Shown here one piece after another: positions 21,070 to 32,400 of a stretch of 64,000 nt of DNA. Made by a program: the position numbers and the translations under genes. Positions within the stretch are counted from its first letter, which is position 1, and each line of letters begins with the position of its first letter. Source of the DNA: Podarcis erhardii. Taxonomy: Eukaryota. The stretch lies in NCBI GenBank assembly GCA_964252035.1, contig OZ176211.1; one strand, 5' to 3'. The notes beneath the pieces are model-generated. The model was not told the DNA's origin, did no database searches, and saw nothing but the letters and a program-made list of their open reading frames with translations.

Positions 21070-21514
21070 CAGTGTTTCTCAAACTGTTTGAACTCTGGTC
21101 TCTTTCTTAATTGTCTGCACCTTCCAGGTCCCCCAACCTACTAATAGCCCTTTGATCTTTGGTATGTGGGTGCACAGAATCCTTGTACACAACAATATAG
21201 ATGCATCTTGTTGCTGTGGTTCTAAGGTTCTGTCATTGGGGTAGTAATGCTGGCTTTTGAAATGACTAAACATATTGGACTCCCTCCAAAAACCAGGCAT
21301 CTGGTGAGGAGCTGTCTCTGTTCCAAAACTCCCATATATTGCCCACTATGTGGTAGTGGCCATGGCTACCATAGCAGTTGAGGTGACTGCCACACTAGGC
21401 TCTGTTGCTGGGAGGAAAGTGGTTCTATCTGCTGCAAGATATTTTTCCCACTCTGGAATTCCTCCCACCTGTGGTGTGTTGTGCCTTCTCAGGAGCATAG
21501 TTTGAGAATCATTG
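21070..21514. mobile_element. Old hAT-type MITE
   Basis: Termini cagtgtttctcaaact / agtttgagaatcattg. Confidence 0.6.
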
Positions 21515-22788
21515 TCCAAAAACTCTAGGGATGCTTAGAAATTTACTTCAGGGGCTTATGGGTTTGTAAAAGCCTACTGCAAAGGAAAGGCAAGATTTTC
21601 AAGCTCTGAAATTCTTCTCCTGATGGGATTAAAATCCAAGCTAGAGGAGAATTGTTTTTATATTTCCACTAGCCCTTACAGTGCAGCATTCCTCCAGAGA
21701 GCTACACCTTTCATAGTCCCCTTGCACACTGCAATCAGATATACAAGATGACAGAAGGAGAGAGGTAAGGGAACAACTTTCCCATCTCGTTGCAGAAGGG
21801 GGTTCATTTCAGATCATCTTGTAGGTGAGCAAAGGAGTGCTCATTCAACTCTATCTGAAATATTTTTGGAAAATGCTAAAAAATGTTAGTGGTATCTTTG
21901 TTCTTAAAGGGGAGATAGGGAAGACTTGAAGCAGTAAGGTACAAACTACACTGAAGGACTTTTATTACAGTCTGTGGTATTACTGAATAATAAATTGCAG
22001 CCTTTATTGGTTTTTAAAAGGTTTGGGAAAACCCCTTTCTTTACCAATCTAAATAGTCCAATACGGTTTCTCAAGTGAATATACCCACGTGAAAATGTAT
22101 CTGAAAGACAAAAGCCACCATATTCATAGTTTAGTTTGAGATACTGTGGCACAGGAGGCAAATAACTACTTTTCCATGTCAACACCTTAGTACCCTATGT
22201 AACTAAAGAGGACAATTGTAACTGTAAATATGTAATCATGAAATCAATAAGTATTTTATTTGTAAAGTGGTGTTTTGACAAGACAGCCAAAATATACACT
22301 AAAAGTTCAATCTTGCCAATACTTGTAAGTATCTGAACCAAAGTGATCAGAATTTGTGTTATATGGAAAAATATGCGTTGGGGGAGAATTGCACTATTCT
22401 GGGTTGGAATCCTTTGATTCTCAGACTCGGTAGTTTTTTTCAACAATGTGTGTGAGTGGTGGTTTTTTTAAAAAAAAGAAATTAAAGGTTTCAAACAACC
22501 ATTTCTGTCCCTTGTTTACTTAGTTATTATAATCCTTTTGAATGACAGCAATGAATGATCTGACTGGGGAAAATGCTAAAGCCTTAAATAACTTGTCTCA
22601 AACACTTCATTTTAACTGCCTTTTCAGCTGTGAAGAGGCAGGTAGCTCCACAATTAGCATTCTATCAAGCTATCTAATAGCATGCTCTACATCTTTATCC
22701 AAATTGAGGCAGTTTAGTTATGTACAAATTTCTTACTCAGATGCCCAATGACGGTCTTTCTATCTCATATTGGTATCTAACTTGTGTA

Positions 22789-22848
22789 CAGTGGTACCTC
22801 GGTTTAAGAACAGTCCTGTTTACAAACAATTTGGTTTACGAACTTCGC
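22789..22848. mobile_element. Tigger-like MITE terminal fragment
   Basis: ta|cagtggtacctcggtttaagaac; the second TIR is absent. Confidence 0.6.
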
Positions 22849-24240
22849 AAATCTGGAAGTAGTGTCGAGGAAGAGTCCATGGAGGCTATCTTCCTTATGG
22901 AAGCAAGCTGCATGTCTCACCAGGCTAAATAATCCAGTGGTGCTGGCTGCCAGGTATCTGCCTAAATAGGATCTTTCTGAGATAGCTATTCTCACCCCAT
23001 CAGCTAGGAGCACCATACTGCCATTACTTAAGGAGGATTGGCTTTCTTGAACAGCTAGGAAGAAAACTCACTTTCCACCGCTGTTGGAAAGAAGTTTTAT
23101 ATTCAAGTGCTGATGGAGGCCAGTGGACACAAGAAGCAAACATAGGTAACTAAGTTTGAACATATGGACACTAGCTATGGCAACAAATGCTGTAGACCAG
23201 AAATAGAAAAGGCTATAGCCTTCCTAACTGAATGCTTTAAGGAAACAGTAGGCCAAGGCCAGATGTCCTAACCAATACCAGTCTCCAGTGGGAGGAACCA
23301 GGGGCCCTCCAGTTGTAGGACTGCTGTTACCATTTCTGATCATTGGCTCTGCTGCCAGGGGCTGCTTGAAGATGTAGTCCAGCAATATCTAGACGATTGT
23401 GTCCCTGAGAAAAAACCAGCCTTAAGCAGGTGTGGATCTGATTCTTTCTAGCTTGTCCGTCTTGGTTTTGTCAAATACTTTTTACACCCTGATAAGCATT
23501 TGTTGTTTATGAAGCTCACAACTGGTGTGTTTATGAACTTAAAAACCTTAGTTGACATACAGAGCTTTGTCCTTGAACAACACCTCTTAAAGGGCAACCC
23601 AACAAAATGTATTCTGGCCTCAGTGCTGTTATCTCATTCACATTCTGAAGAATTTTGTAATAGCCTGTGGATATCATAATAGCAGGTTGCCCCTTCTGAC
23701 TGAGCAACTGAAATGGTATGCCCTGCAGTTTCTTATAGTTGCCTGTAGGGTTAACTTGATAAAAATGAAGGGAAACCTTTTGTCATGATCATTCTAATGT
23801 TTCTTCAGCTTACAAGAGCTCCCTCTGGTGACTAATTGAGTCCATGTCAGCTTGAAACATCTACAGAGAGTTTGATCCGTGCAAAAGTTCTTCATTCCCA
23901 AAATATAAAGGGAATGCTTTCTTTAACGGTTAACCATGCAGAGTCCGTTTCAATCTTTCTAGGCTTCCTGATCAATGTAAAGCTTTCTCCATAATTGCCA
24001 TTCTAGAGAATGTTTAACCTGTTGGATTCTTGCCTCCCACATAGCTGTTTGAAACAGAGAAAGTGCAGTAAAGAAGGGGAAATGGCAGTTCATTAGGATC
24101 CTAGGGCTTCCTGTCACCTGGTGCCCAAAGAACTCATACAAAATCTGTCTTCTGCAAAGCACACAATGCTAATCCCTTTATTTTTCAACCAAATGGCTCA
24201 GACAAAAACATACTATCATGAAAACCTCAAGTATGAAAAG

Positions 24241-24242
<2 letters not shown>

Positions 24243-24277
<35 letters not shown>
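24243..24277. repeat. (CT)n microsatellite
   Basis: Direct observation. Confidence 0.9.
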
Positions 24278-24279
<2 letters not shown>

Positions 24280-24404
24280 ACCACCAAACTACTGGAATGT
24301 CAATGTTTACAATAAAACATGAAACGAAGAGGGGAAATTCCTAGCTGTATATGACCTAATACTTCCATGCTATAGAGATGAGAGAATGAGTATTGTGGTG
24401 TGAC

Positions 24405-24550
24405 AGAGCCAGTGTGGCATAATGTTTAGAATGTTGCACTAGGACCTGGGTTCAAATCCCTGCTCTGCCATGAAATACACTGGGGGACCCTGGGCCAGGC
24501 ACTGCCTCCAAGCCTAACCTACCTCACAGACTTCTTGTGAGGATAATGTA
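24405..24550 (+). mobile_element. MIR-like/Squam3-type SINE
   Basis: gagccagtgtggcataatgtttagaatgttgcactagg...gggttcaaatccctgctctgccatgaa...ctacctcacag; degenerate A and B boxes. Confidence 0.7.
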
Positions 24551-25689
24551 GGGAGGCCCAGTTGTGCTGTGCTGAAGGGATGTACCTGGCTGAAGACCCC
24601 AATGCCCTTTGGCCTGGTGGTGCAGAAGTCACTGTGAGGATTGGATTAGTCTCCCTTCACCTTTGCTGTATATCAGCAGCTGAACCGAGCCCAGCCCTAA
24701 CTGAGCAATCTGTTGGCCTGTCTGAAAAGTCTGGTTTTGAAATTAATTGCAAGTCATTGTGTACAGATATATTACTTTAGCCCATAATGGAGAAAAATAG
24801 TTGCTTATTTCAAAGCCTGAAAGCAAGGGGCTTTACCTTGGAGGCACAGGTGAAGAAGAATGTGGCAGATGTTGTACCTGCTGACTAAATGCGTTTTAAC
24901 GGAGGCCCTCTGGAAGCAGAAGCTTCAATAGAAAGAAGTGAATAGCAAACATCTGGGAAAGATTACAAAAGGGAAAGATTTATTCTGTACTGAGACTGCT
25001 AATGGGTGGGCACTACCAGGGGAGAAAAAATTAATTGCTTCAGTAACTGAATGAAAAATTAAGCTTACTTCCACTTTGGGCTCTGGAAAAAAAGTAAATG
25101 TTTGCATATTCTTCTCTGATCTGCAAAATTCTTTCTTGCATCCAGAGGAAATATGTCTTGCTTCATTGTACTGGTCAGTTGGAGAAGCAGCTTGAACACC
25201 TGGAGTGGGGAAGGAAGATGTTTAAGCTCCAGTATTCCTGAGCTGCCTCTTCAAAGGCATCACATGAACTCCAAACATCCTAGAGAGAAATGGGCCTGCG
25301 CCACCAAGGGCATCAACCTGGTTTCTGGTGTCACTTTTAGCACCTGGCAAACACCTCCTGCTATCCTGTGGTGGTTTCAGCTTACTGGCAAATTATGGAA
25401 ATATAAATGCCACCAAGCAAACAGCTGCTCACATAGGAATTCAGACAACATTCCCAAACACATCCAAAGGGTGTCCCAGAGCTACTAACCAAACTTAATT
25501 ATAGGCCTATCAGCTTCTTGTCAATGGCTTCAGAGAACAGAAGTAGGAATTATGATACAGCCCCCCATTGTTACTTAAGACGGGATGAAGTGAACCATGG
25601 AAATGGTTAACAGATACTCTCCAGCTGTTGTTTTTTGACTTTATTTCTTGACTTTGTACCACTGGGTAGACCAGTGGTAGGGAAGCTAT

Positions 25690-25860
25690 GCTATTGTATG
25701 CCAACTCTCATCATTCCCAGAGAAGGGGATAAAACTTGGGTTGACTAGATGGATCCAGGGGGATGCTTCAGTTGAGAAGGGAGCAGTACAATCTCCCTTG
25801 AAGGAGGCATTTGTGCATCCCCTCCTTAAGTAGACTTCCCTGTGAGTTAGGAACCTGGCC
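25690..25860 (+). mobile_element. L2 LINE RT fragment (degenerate)
   Basis: ASVEKGAVQSPLKEAFVHPLLK resembles the L2 motif NASLxEGxVPxxLKEAVVRPLLKK. Confidence 0.45.
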
Positions 25861-26829
25861 CTTGATCTGTAAAGGTTTCTCCACCCCTGGTATGTGGCAT
25901 TTGGATGGTTCTGGGTAATGGTCATGGCTATAGCCCTAAAGAGAGCAGTCCTCCATGACTGCAAGGAGGTCAAGATCTTACCAAGAATAATGATACCTGC
26001 TGCATGGCTGGGCTCTTTTCTCCGCAACCACATGACAAAAATGACTTTGAGTGCCTCAAGAGCACAAAAGCCACTGGTTGCCTTTCTCCAATCATTAGGA
26101 TGGTTCCTTGCTGGCTGGGGGAAGCAGTTTGCAAAAAGAGGAAGAAAAACAAGCTAGGAAGGAGGTGTGTGTTAGAAAATTTCCATGAAGCTCCTCAGGA
26201 AAAGGTCCCCTATGGATATTTTTAGAAAAACAAAATCAGGCAATCTGCTAACGAATATATGACTCCAAATTCCGGTGCCTAATTAATCAGAAGCCAGTGT
26301 AGCTAATAATGATGGGAGGGTGGGGCACAACATCATTCTAATTAATCAACCTGGAAATGAACATTTCAGCTCTGGGAAGAGGAGGGGGGTGCTGCTGCTG
26401 CTGCTTCCCTACAGCTTCCAAACATCACTCTCTCCCCCCAAGTTAAGGTAATGACCCAGGTGGTCAGTGGTGGGTTCCTTCCTAAGAAGGCCATGATGGG
26501 GATTTTCCAGATCACCTTTCTTCTTTAAGGAACAGCTAAATGTGAAAGGGGAGAAGTTCATTTAAATGTGATCATTTCCCCAGAAGGCCCCTTACAATTG
26601 CCTTTGAGCATCTCTCATAGACTTTTGAATGGGGTTCATGGAGCTGAAATGAATTTATACCCTGCTTTATCCTTTATAAAGGTTAATACCAAAAAAAAAC
26701 ACCAGGTGCTTGAATGTTCTTTGAATGTTTTCACAATATTGGTTATCAGTATCATGATGTTTGATTTCACTATCTGATACCTGGCAGTTGATAGTTTGCA
26801 TTATTTGACTGTTGATATGAAATGGTGTT

Positions 26830-28640
26830 TAATATTCTAAAAACGAGGTGTGGTAATTTATGTAAAAGACAAATACAACCCCAAACAGCTATTTAAAGAT
26901 GAGGATGAAAGAATGATTGCTAATGAGTTAACATTACAAGGTGGTGGAAAATTGATAATTGGAATCTACACACTAAATGATAAAATATTGGAATTTTATA
27001 AAGAATTGGAAGAAAAATTGTTTGATTTCATGGATCAAAAAATAATTTTAATGGGTGACTTAAACGGGGTAGTTTCATTAGAAATGGATAGGAGAATAAG
27101 AAAAACGGATTCAAAAGAAGGAAGACTACCTCTGACTTTTCAATTTGGTGAAGAATTTAAAATTGACTGATGTTTGGTGATTTAGACACCCATTTGAAAG
27201 AGCATATACCCATTAATCAGAGCCAAATCAGTCTGCCAGAAGATTGACTTGATATGGCTATCAAATGAGTTACCATTGAGAAAAAGAACCGAAATACAAC
27301 CAAAGCCCTTATCAGACCACAACCCAGTGTTACCAGAGTTAAAAGGAGAAGAAAACTCCACATTCAGGTGGAGGCTAAATGAAAGTCTTCTAGACAACCA
27401 AGTAACTATGCAAAAAGTGGGGGAAATCCTGAAGGACTATTCTGAATTGAATTTGCATAAAGGGACAGAACGAAATATTGTATGGGAAACAAGGAAAGCA
27501 GTAATGAGAGGCTTTTTTTATTCAGCAAAGTGTATACCAAAAAAGAATTCGAGAAGGGGTGGGGAGAAATTATAGAATGAATTTATCACTTTGGGGGAAA
27601 ACTTCTGTTATAAAAATGAATGTATTGTCAAGAATGTTGTTTTTGTTTCAGACAATACCTGTGGCCATTGGGGAGGGACACTTCAAGCAACAGCAAAAAG
27701 ATAACTAAATTTATCTGGCAGAGGGAAGAAACCAAGGATTAAATATAAATTATTAACAGATGATAAAGAAAGAGGGGGGCTTCGCTTTGCCAGATTTAAA
27801 ATTGTATTATGAGGTGTTCTGTCTCTGAAGGCTAAAGGAATGGATAACTTTGAGAAGCACAGGTATTTTAGACCGTGAAGGTCATGACAATAGATTTGGA
27901 TGGCATTCTGCTCATTGAAATAAAATTATATGAAAATAATGTATAGATGGTACGTAACACCAGTAAAACTAGCAAAGACATATAGAACTGCTTCTAACGT
28001 ATGTTGGAAATGTAAAGAAAAAGAAGGCACTTTCTACCACATGTGGTGGACATGCAAGGTAGCAAAAGCATTCTGGGAAATGATATATAATGAGTTGAAA
28101 AAAATGTTTAAAATAACATTTGTGGAAAAACCAGAGGCTTTTCTGTTAGGTATTATAGGTGCAGGGATTCCGAAAGAGCAGAAAAGACTATTTATGTATG
28201 TGATGACAGGAGCAAGAATACTACTGGCCCAGAGATGGAAAGAAGACAAAGTTCCAGCCAGAGAAGAATGGCTGATGAAGATGATGGACTATGCCGAAAT
28301 GGCGAAATTGACCGGGAGAATTAGAGACTAGGACGAGAAGAAGTTTAGGAAAGAATGGGGGGAAATTTATAGTCTATTTAAAAGAGCATTGTAAACAGTT
28401 AAAAACTTTGGCAGGATTAGAGTAATACTTGTAAAAGACAAAATATACTGGAAAAGTTAATAATAGATACAATAAGTTTGGGTGGGGGGGGGGGAGAATA
28501 AGTTGAATAAAAAGAGATGGACACTGGAAACCAGAGAAGGGCAGGGGGAAGTCAAGGGATTCTGAGAATCCTAAATGTAAAGGTGATTGATATGTTTAAA
28601 CTGTGTTGTGTAAAATTTAATTAAAATATATATTTTTAAA
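26830..28640 (+). mobile_element. L1-clade LINE, internally deleted and decayed
   Basis: Endonuclease motifs (IIGIYTLN, ILMGDLNG, SDHNPV, FRWRLNESLL) at 26850-27560; post-RT segment (KPRIKYKLLTDDKERGG) at about 27710-27830; C-terminal CWKCKEKEGTFYHMWWTC knuckle at 27930-28331; A-rich 3' end; RT core missing. Confidence 0.88.
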
Positions 28641-29419
28641 AAAGAAAATATGACCTTAACTCCTCTTGTGCACTCAGAAGTTCCAGTGGTACCTGGTCAG
28701 ATAACTCAGGTCACAGAAACAGGCTGATTCACATAGCGAAATATTTAGCTGAACTGGGCAGGGGTGTGGTGTTCTGGTGAGCAACCAAACAACTTTCTTA
28801 TTTTATTATTGTTATTTAAAATATTTCTAGACCAGTCTTCATCTAAACAGACCCTAGGGCGGTATACAAGGGGCATGGATAAACCTGCTCATGCCATATA
28901 TACAAATCCAAAACCATCATCATCAACGTTCACAATGCATTAGCAACATGAGAGGCGTCAATGACAATTAATTTAGCCATTTTAACTGCCTGGGCAAATG
29001 AAAAGCTGAAAATATTGTTACGGCAACACCACTGGTTAACTCTCTTGGGAAGGCATTCCAAAGTCAAGGTGCCACCACAGAAAAGACCCTTTCCTTTGTT
29101 ACTGTGTAAAGTGCCTCCATTAAGGAAAAGGGCCTCAGAGATTTTGACAGGAGTGGGGAGCCCATGGTTCTCCTCCAGATATGGCTGGATCCCAAATCTC
29201 ATCAGCCACAGAAATTGTGAACTCCTGCAACATCTGTAGGACCACAGGTTTTCCACCCCTGTAAAGGATACTGTGCGGCTCTGAATGATATTCTTTGGCA
29301 TTTAAAGATAGGGCAGAGCACCTTGAATTGGACTTGGAAGTGAATAGGTGTCGTCTCCTGGATAAAGAGGGGCTGAAATTACTAGCCAACAGCAAAAAAT
29401 ACCCTTTTGACGCCACTCC

Positions 29420-32400
29420 TGCAGGTTGGGGAAGTGCTTAAGAGAGGCAAGAACGTTCTGCTTTTCTTTCTAATTAATTGGATTTTTGCGAAACGAGGTG
29501 TCATGTCGATTAGTTCAGTCAGAATAACTTTGGGGGGTAGGAGACTGAGTGGATAATTCAATGTTAGCCAAAACGAGTGTTTGTTTACTTTTTAAAGAAA
29601 ACCAGCACCTGGGGGGGGTGTTCTTTTAACAAATTCAACCTGCGTCCTTCTGACTGTACAAAATTGGACGGCTGGACCTCGCTTTAACTCGCCGGATCCG
29701 AGCCCTCTACGGAATGAGCGTGCACCTCTCCGAATGGTTTAACTCTGTTCACCACGCGACTGGGACAAGATGGGGCGACGGGGAAAAAAGGGATCTGAAA
29801 TCCAGCCGAGAAAATTAAGCGTACAGTTTGACCTTTAGACTGGCAAAAGGGAGAGGGGTACTGCCACAGATAACCCGGCTAGATGCATACAGAGGACCAA
29901 AATCTGCTTGGAAGGAGGAGACAGAGTTCCCACGCCTGTTGATGTCCATACGCGCGCAACTCCCACCAGCCACAGCCAGGCCCAGCAGGGACCGATGGGA
30001 GTTGTAGTCCACTAACGGCTAAAAGGCCCCAGAAGGCTGGGGTGTGAGCAATGTGGCTGCACGCCTCCCTCCCTGCCGTAGTTAACCGCTGCAAGCTCAA
30101 GGCCTGGCCAAGACGCAAAATCTGGGGTGAAACTGGGTCCCAACAAATCTCCTCTGTTAAGGGATGCCAGAACCCTGGCAAGCCTCGCAGACTGGAGCAC
30201 AGGCCGGGTCCTTTGCTCCCTGGAGTATTTTGGGGTGCGGTTTCCTTATTTTTAGAAAGCAATCCAGTGAGCGCCACTCCAAATTACCGTATTTACAAAG
30301 TAAGCCCAGCCCACGTCGCCATATATTGGACATGTTTTCAATACACATAAATACAAGGCAAGGCTTGGAGAGGGTTTCACGAGCGAAGCAAACTAAATCC
30401 ACCAACATCGCAATCCTCTGCAGGCCCCATGGAGTTCGATAGGGCTTATTCTCAGGTTAGGTGTATAGGATTGCTGCTTAACTGCGCAACCCTACTCCGA
30501 CCTGAGTAATGGGCGGGAGGGAGAGCAAGACCACCTCTTGTCTGAGCAAGGAACTGGCAGGATGTGAGGGCATCACGCGTGCAAGGCAGGGCACGGGCTT
30601 CTGCCTCCAGCCAGGCAGGCAGGCACCCCAGTGGAGGAGCCGCTCTTCCCTGCAGCAAAGAGGCAGGAGCCAAGTTGCCGCCTCCTTTCTGCGGGCAGTG
30701 ATGCACCCGCTTCCTGGGGTGACTCAGGGAAGCCATCGCTTGCTCCGCAGGCTTCTGGGTTTCTTGCTCTCTGAATGCCCGGCCGTGCATTTCTTGCGCC
30801 AAGAGCGGCGCCCCATCCAGAACTGGCCACGATCCTGGGGAGTGGGAGCGGGAAGTGCTTCCACCCAGCCGCCGCCACCACACACTCTCTCTGCGGTTTG
30901 GCTGTTGTCGGGCCGCGCATTGTTGCAGCAGCCTTTCCCGACCCAGGACTGCAGAGCTTTGCCGACTCACTAGCTCTGACTGAAAGGCGGCGGCGAGGGA
31001 GTGAGGGAAGGGGAGAGATCGGCGGCGCGCTTGCTGCCTCCCAGCAGGGTAGACTCGTATTTTGAAAGCGCTCTTTCCCCTCTCCTCTGCTGCCGGGTGC
31101 GGCTGGATCCGAAAGGGGTCAAGTGTCACTTCCTCTCCCAGTCAATCTCCAATATTCCTTGTAATGTTTTCAAATGGACGAATTCATTACGCCGGGCCGG
31201 CTGAATAGGGAAGGGGAGCCCTCGCGATGGGCGATCAATAGCTTCCCCTAATAGTTCGTTTTGCACACTGACCTAGGAAAGGATACGGAGCGGGAGCGGG
31301 GGCGGGGGCTGGGGCGGGGAGATACACAGAAAGAGGAGGGAGGCAGAGGCTTAGGTCACTGGGTTGCTTGGGATAATACCCCCCATCCCCAAAAGGGCCC
31401 TTTTCACTACCCCTTTTGTATATTATAAGAACAGGGATTTTACTAAGATCAGAACTGACGGCTGAGTAGCAAACAAGCCTCGGATTAAAGCATTGCGGGA
31501 GTCAGGGCCGTCTAATTTGTTACTCCCGGAAGGGTAAGAAAAGAATCCCTCTCATGATTTATGGGTGTAAACGTAGGTTGAAAGTCGAGGACTAGAAAGT
31601 TGCTGAACTGAAAGCGAACCCTTTAAGCACGAGGCAGGTCCCCCCCCCCCCCACTCTCCCGTTGTCCGACGTGTTCCTCCGGACCCAATAGCAGACGCAG
31701 TACCGATTTGGGCAGCCGGCTTTCTCCCCCAAACAATCGCTTTTTAGCTCCTTTCTTCACTGCCTTCGGGAATGCCATTGGTGTGTCACACGCGCCTTGG
31801 AAACGAGACACTTGGGCTTAACCGGGTCCTGGATCTTGGCCTCTGCGAGAAGCCGCCATAGCTAGCGAGGGAAGTGGCGCTGTTGGCGCGTAGAGCTGCA
31901 AGAACCGCAGCTGCCTGGCATGTCTTGGGCATCTGGCTCCAGTGGTTGTGACTGTATTTTAAACGCGTCTTAAAACAAGTGCTCATCTCCATGACGGTTG
32001 TGCGCGAAGAAGAACGCGCAGTCCGAAAGCTTGCCCAGTATACTTGGCCAAAGCAAGGGGGTCCCTTGCTCTGCTTGCCGGGATCGGGGTGAGGGCCCCC
32101 CAGCATTTGATGACAGCCGCCAGCTTTTGGAAAAGGCCGGTAGAATCGGCTGATCAAACCGGGCGGAGCCGAAAGACAACAGTCTTAAGCAAGTCTTAAC
32201 CAAGTCTTAAAGCAAATGGTTTTCCGGCATCGAAAAGAATCGTCAGTATGGCAGCGTCTTGCCCTGCGGAAAAGGAGGGGAAGACTGGACACCCCAGCCC
32301 GTGCGTGCAAACGGAACTGACCAGGGCAGGGCATTTTAACCATTTAACTGTTCTCCCCACTCTCGCTCCCCGCATGTGCCCAAGATCCTAGTCGAAATGA

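Noticed and set aside
30452-31129. 225-aa minus-strand ORF and overlapping 100-180 aa ORFs in the domain (also 35911-36568, 38510-39733)
   Set aside because: Low-complexity R/P/G/A/S-rich translations with no recognisable domain, overlapping on both strands; expected from stop-codon scarcity in GC-rich DNA.
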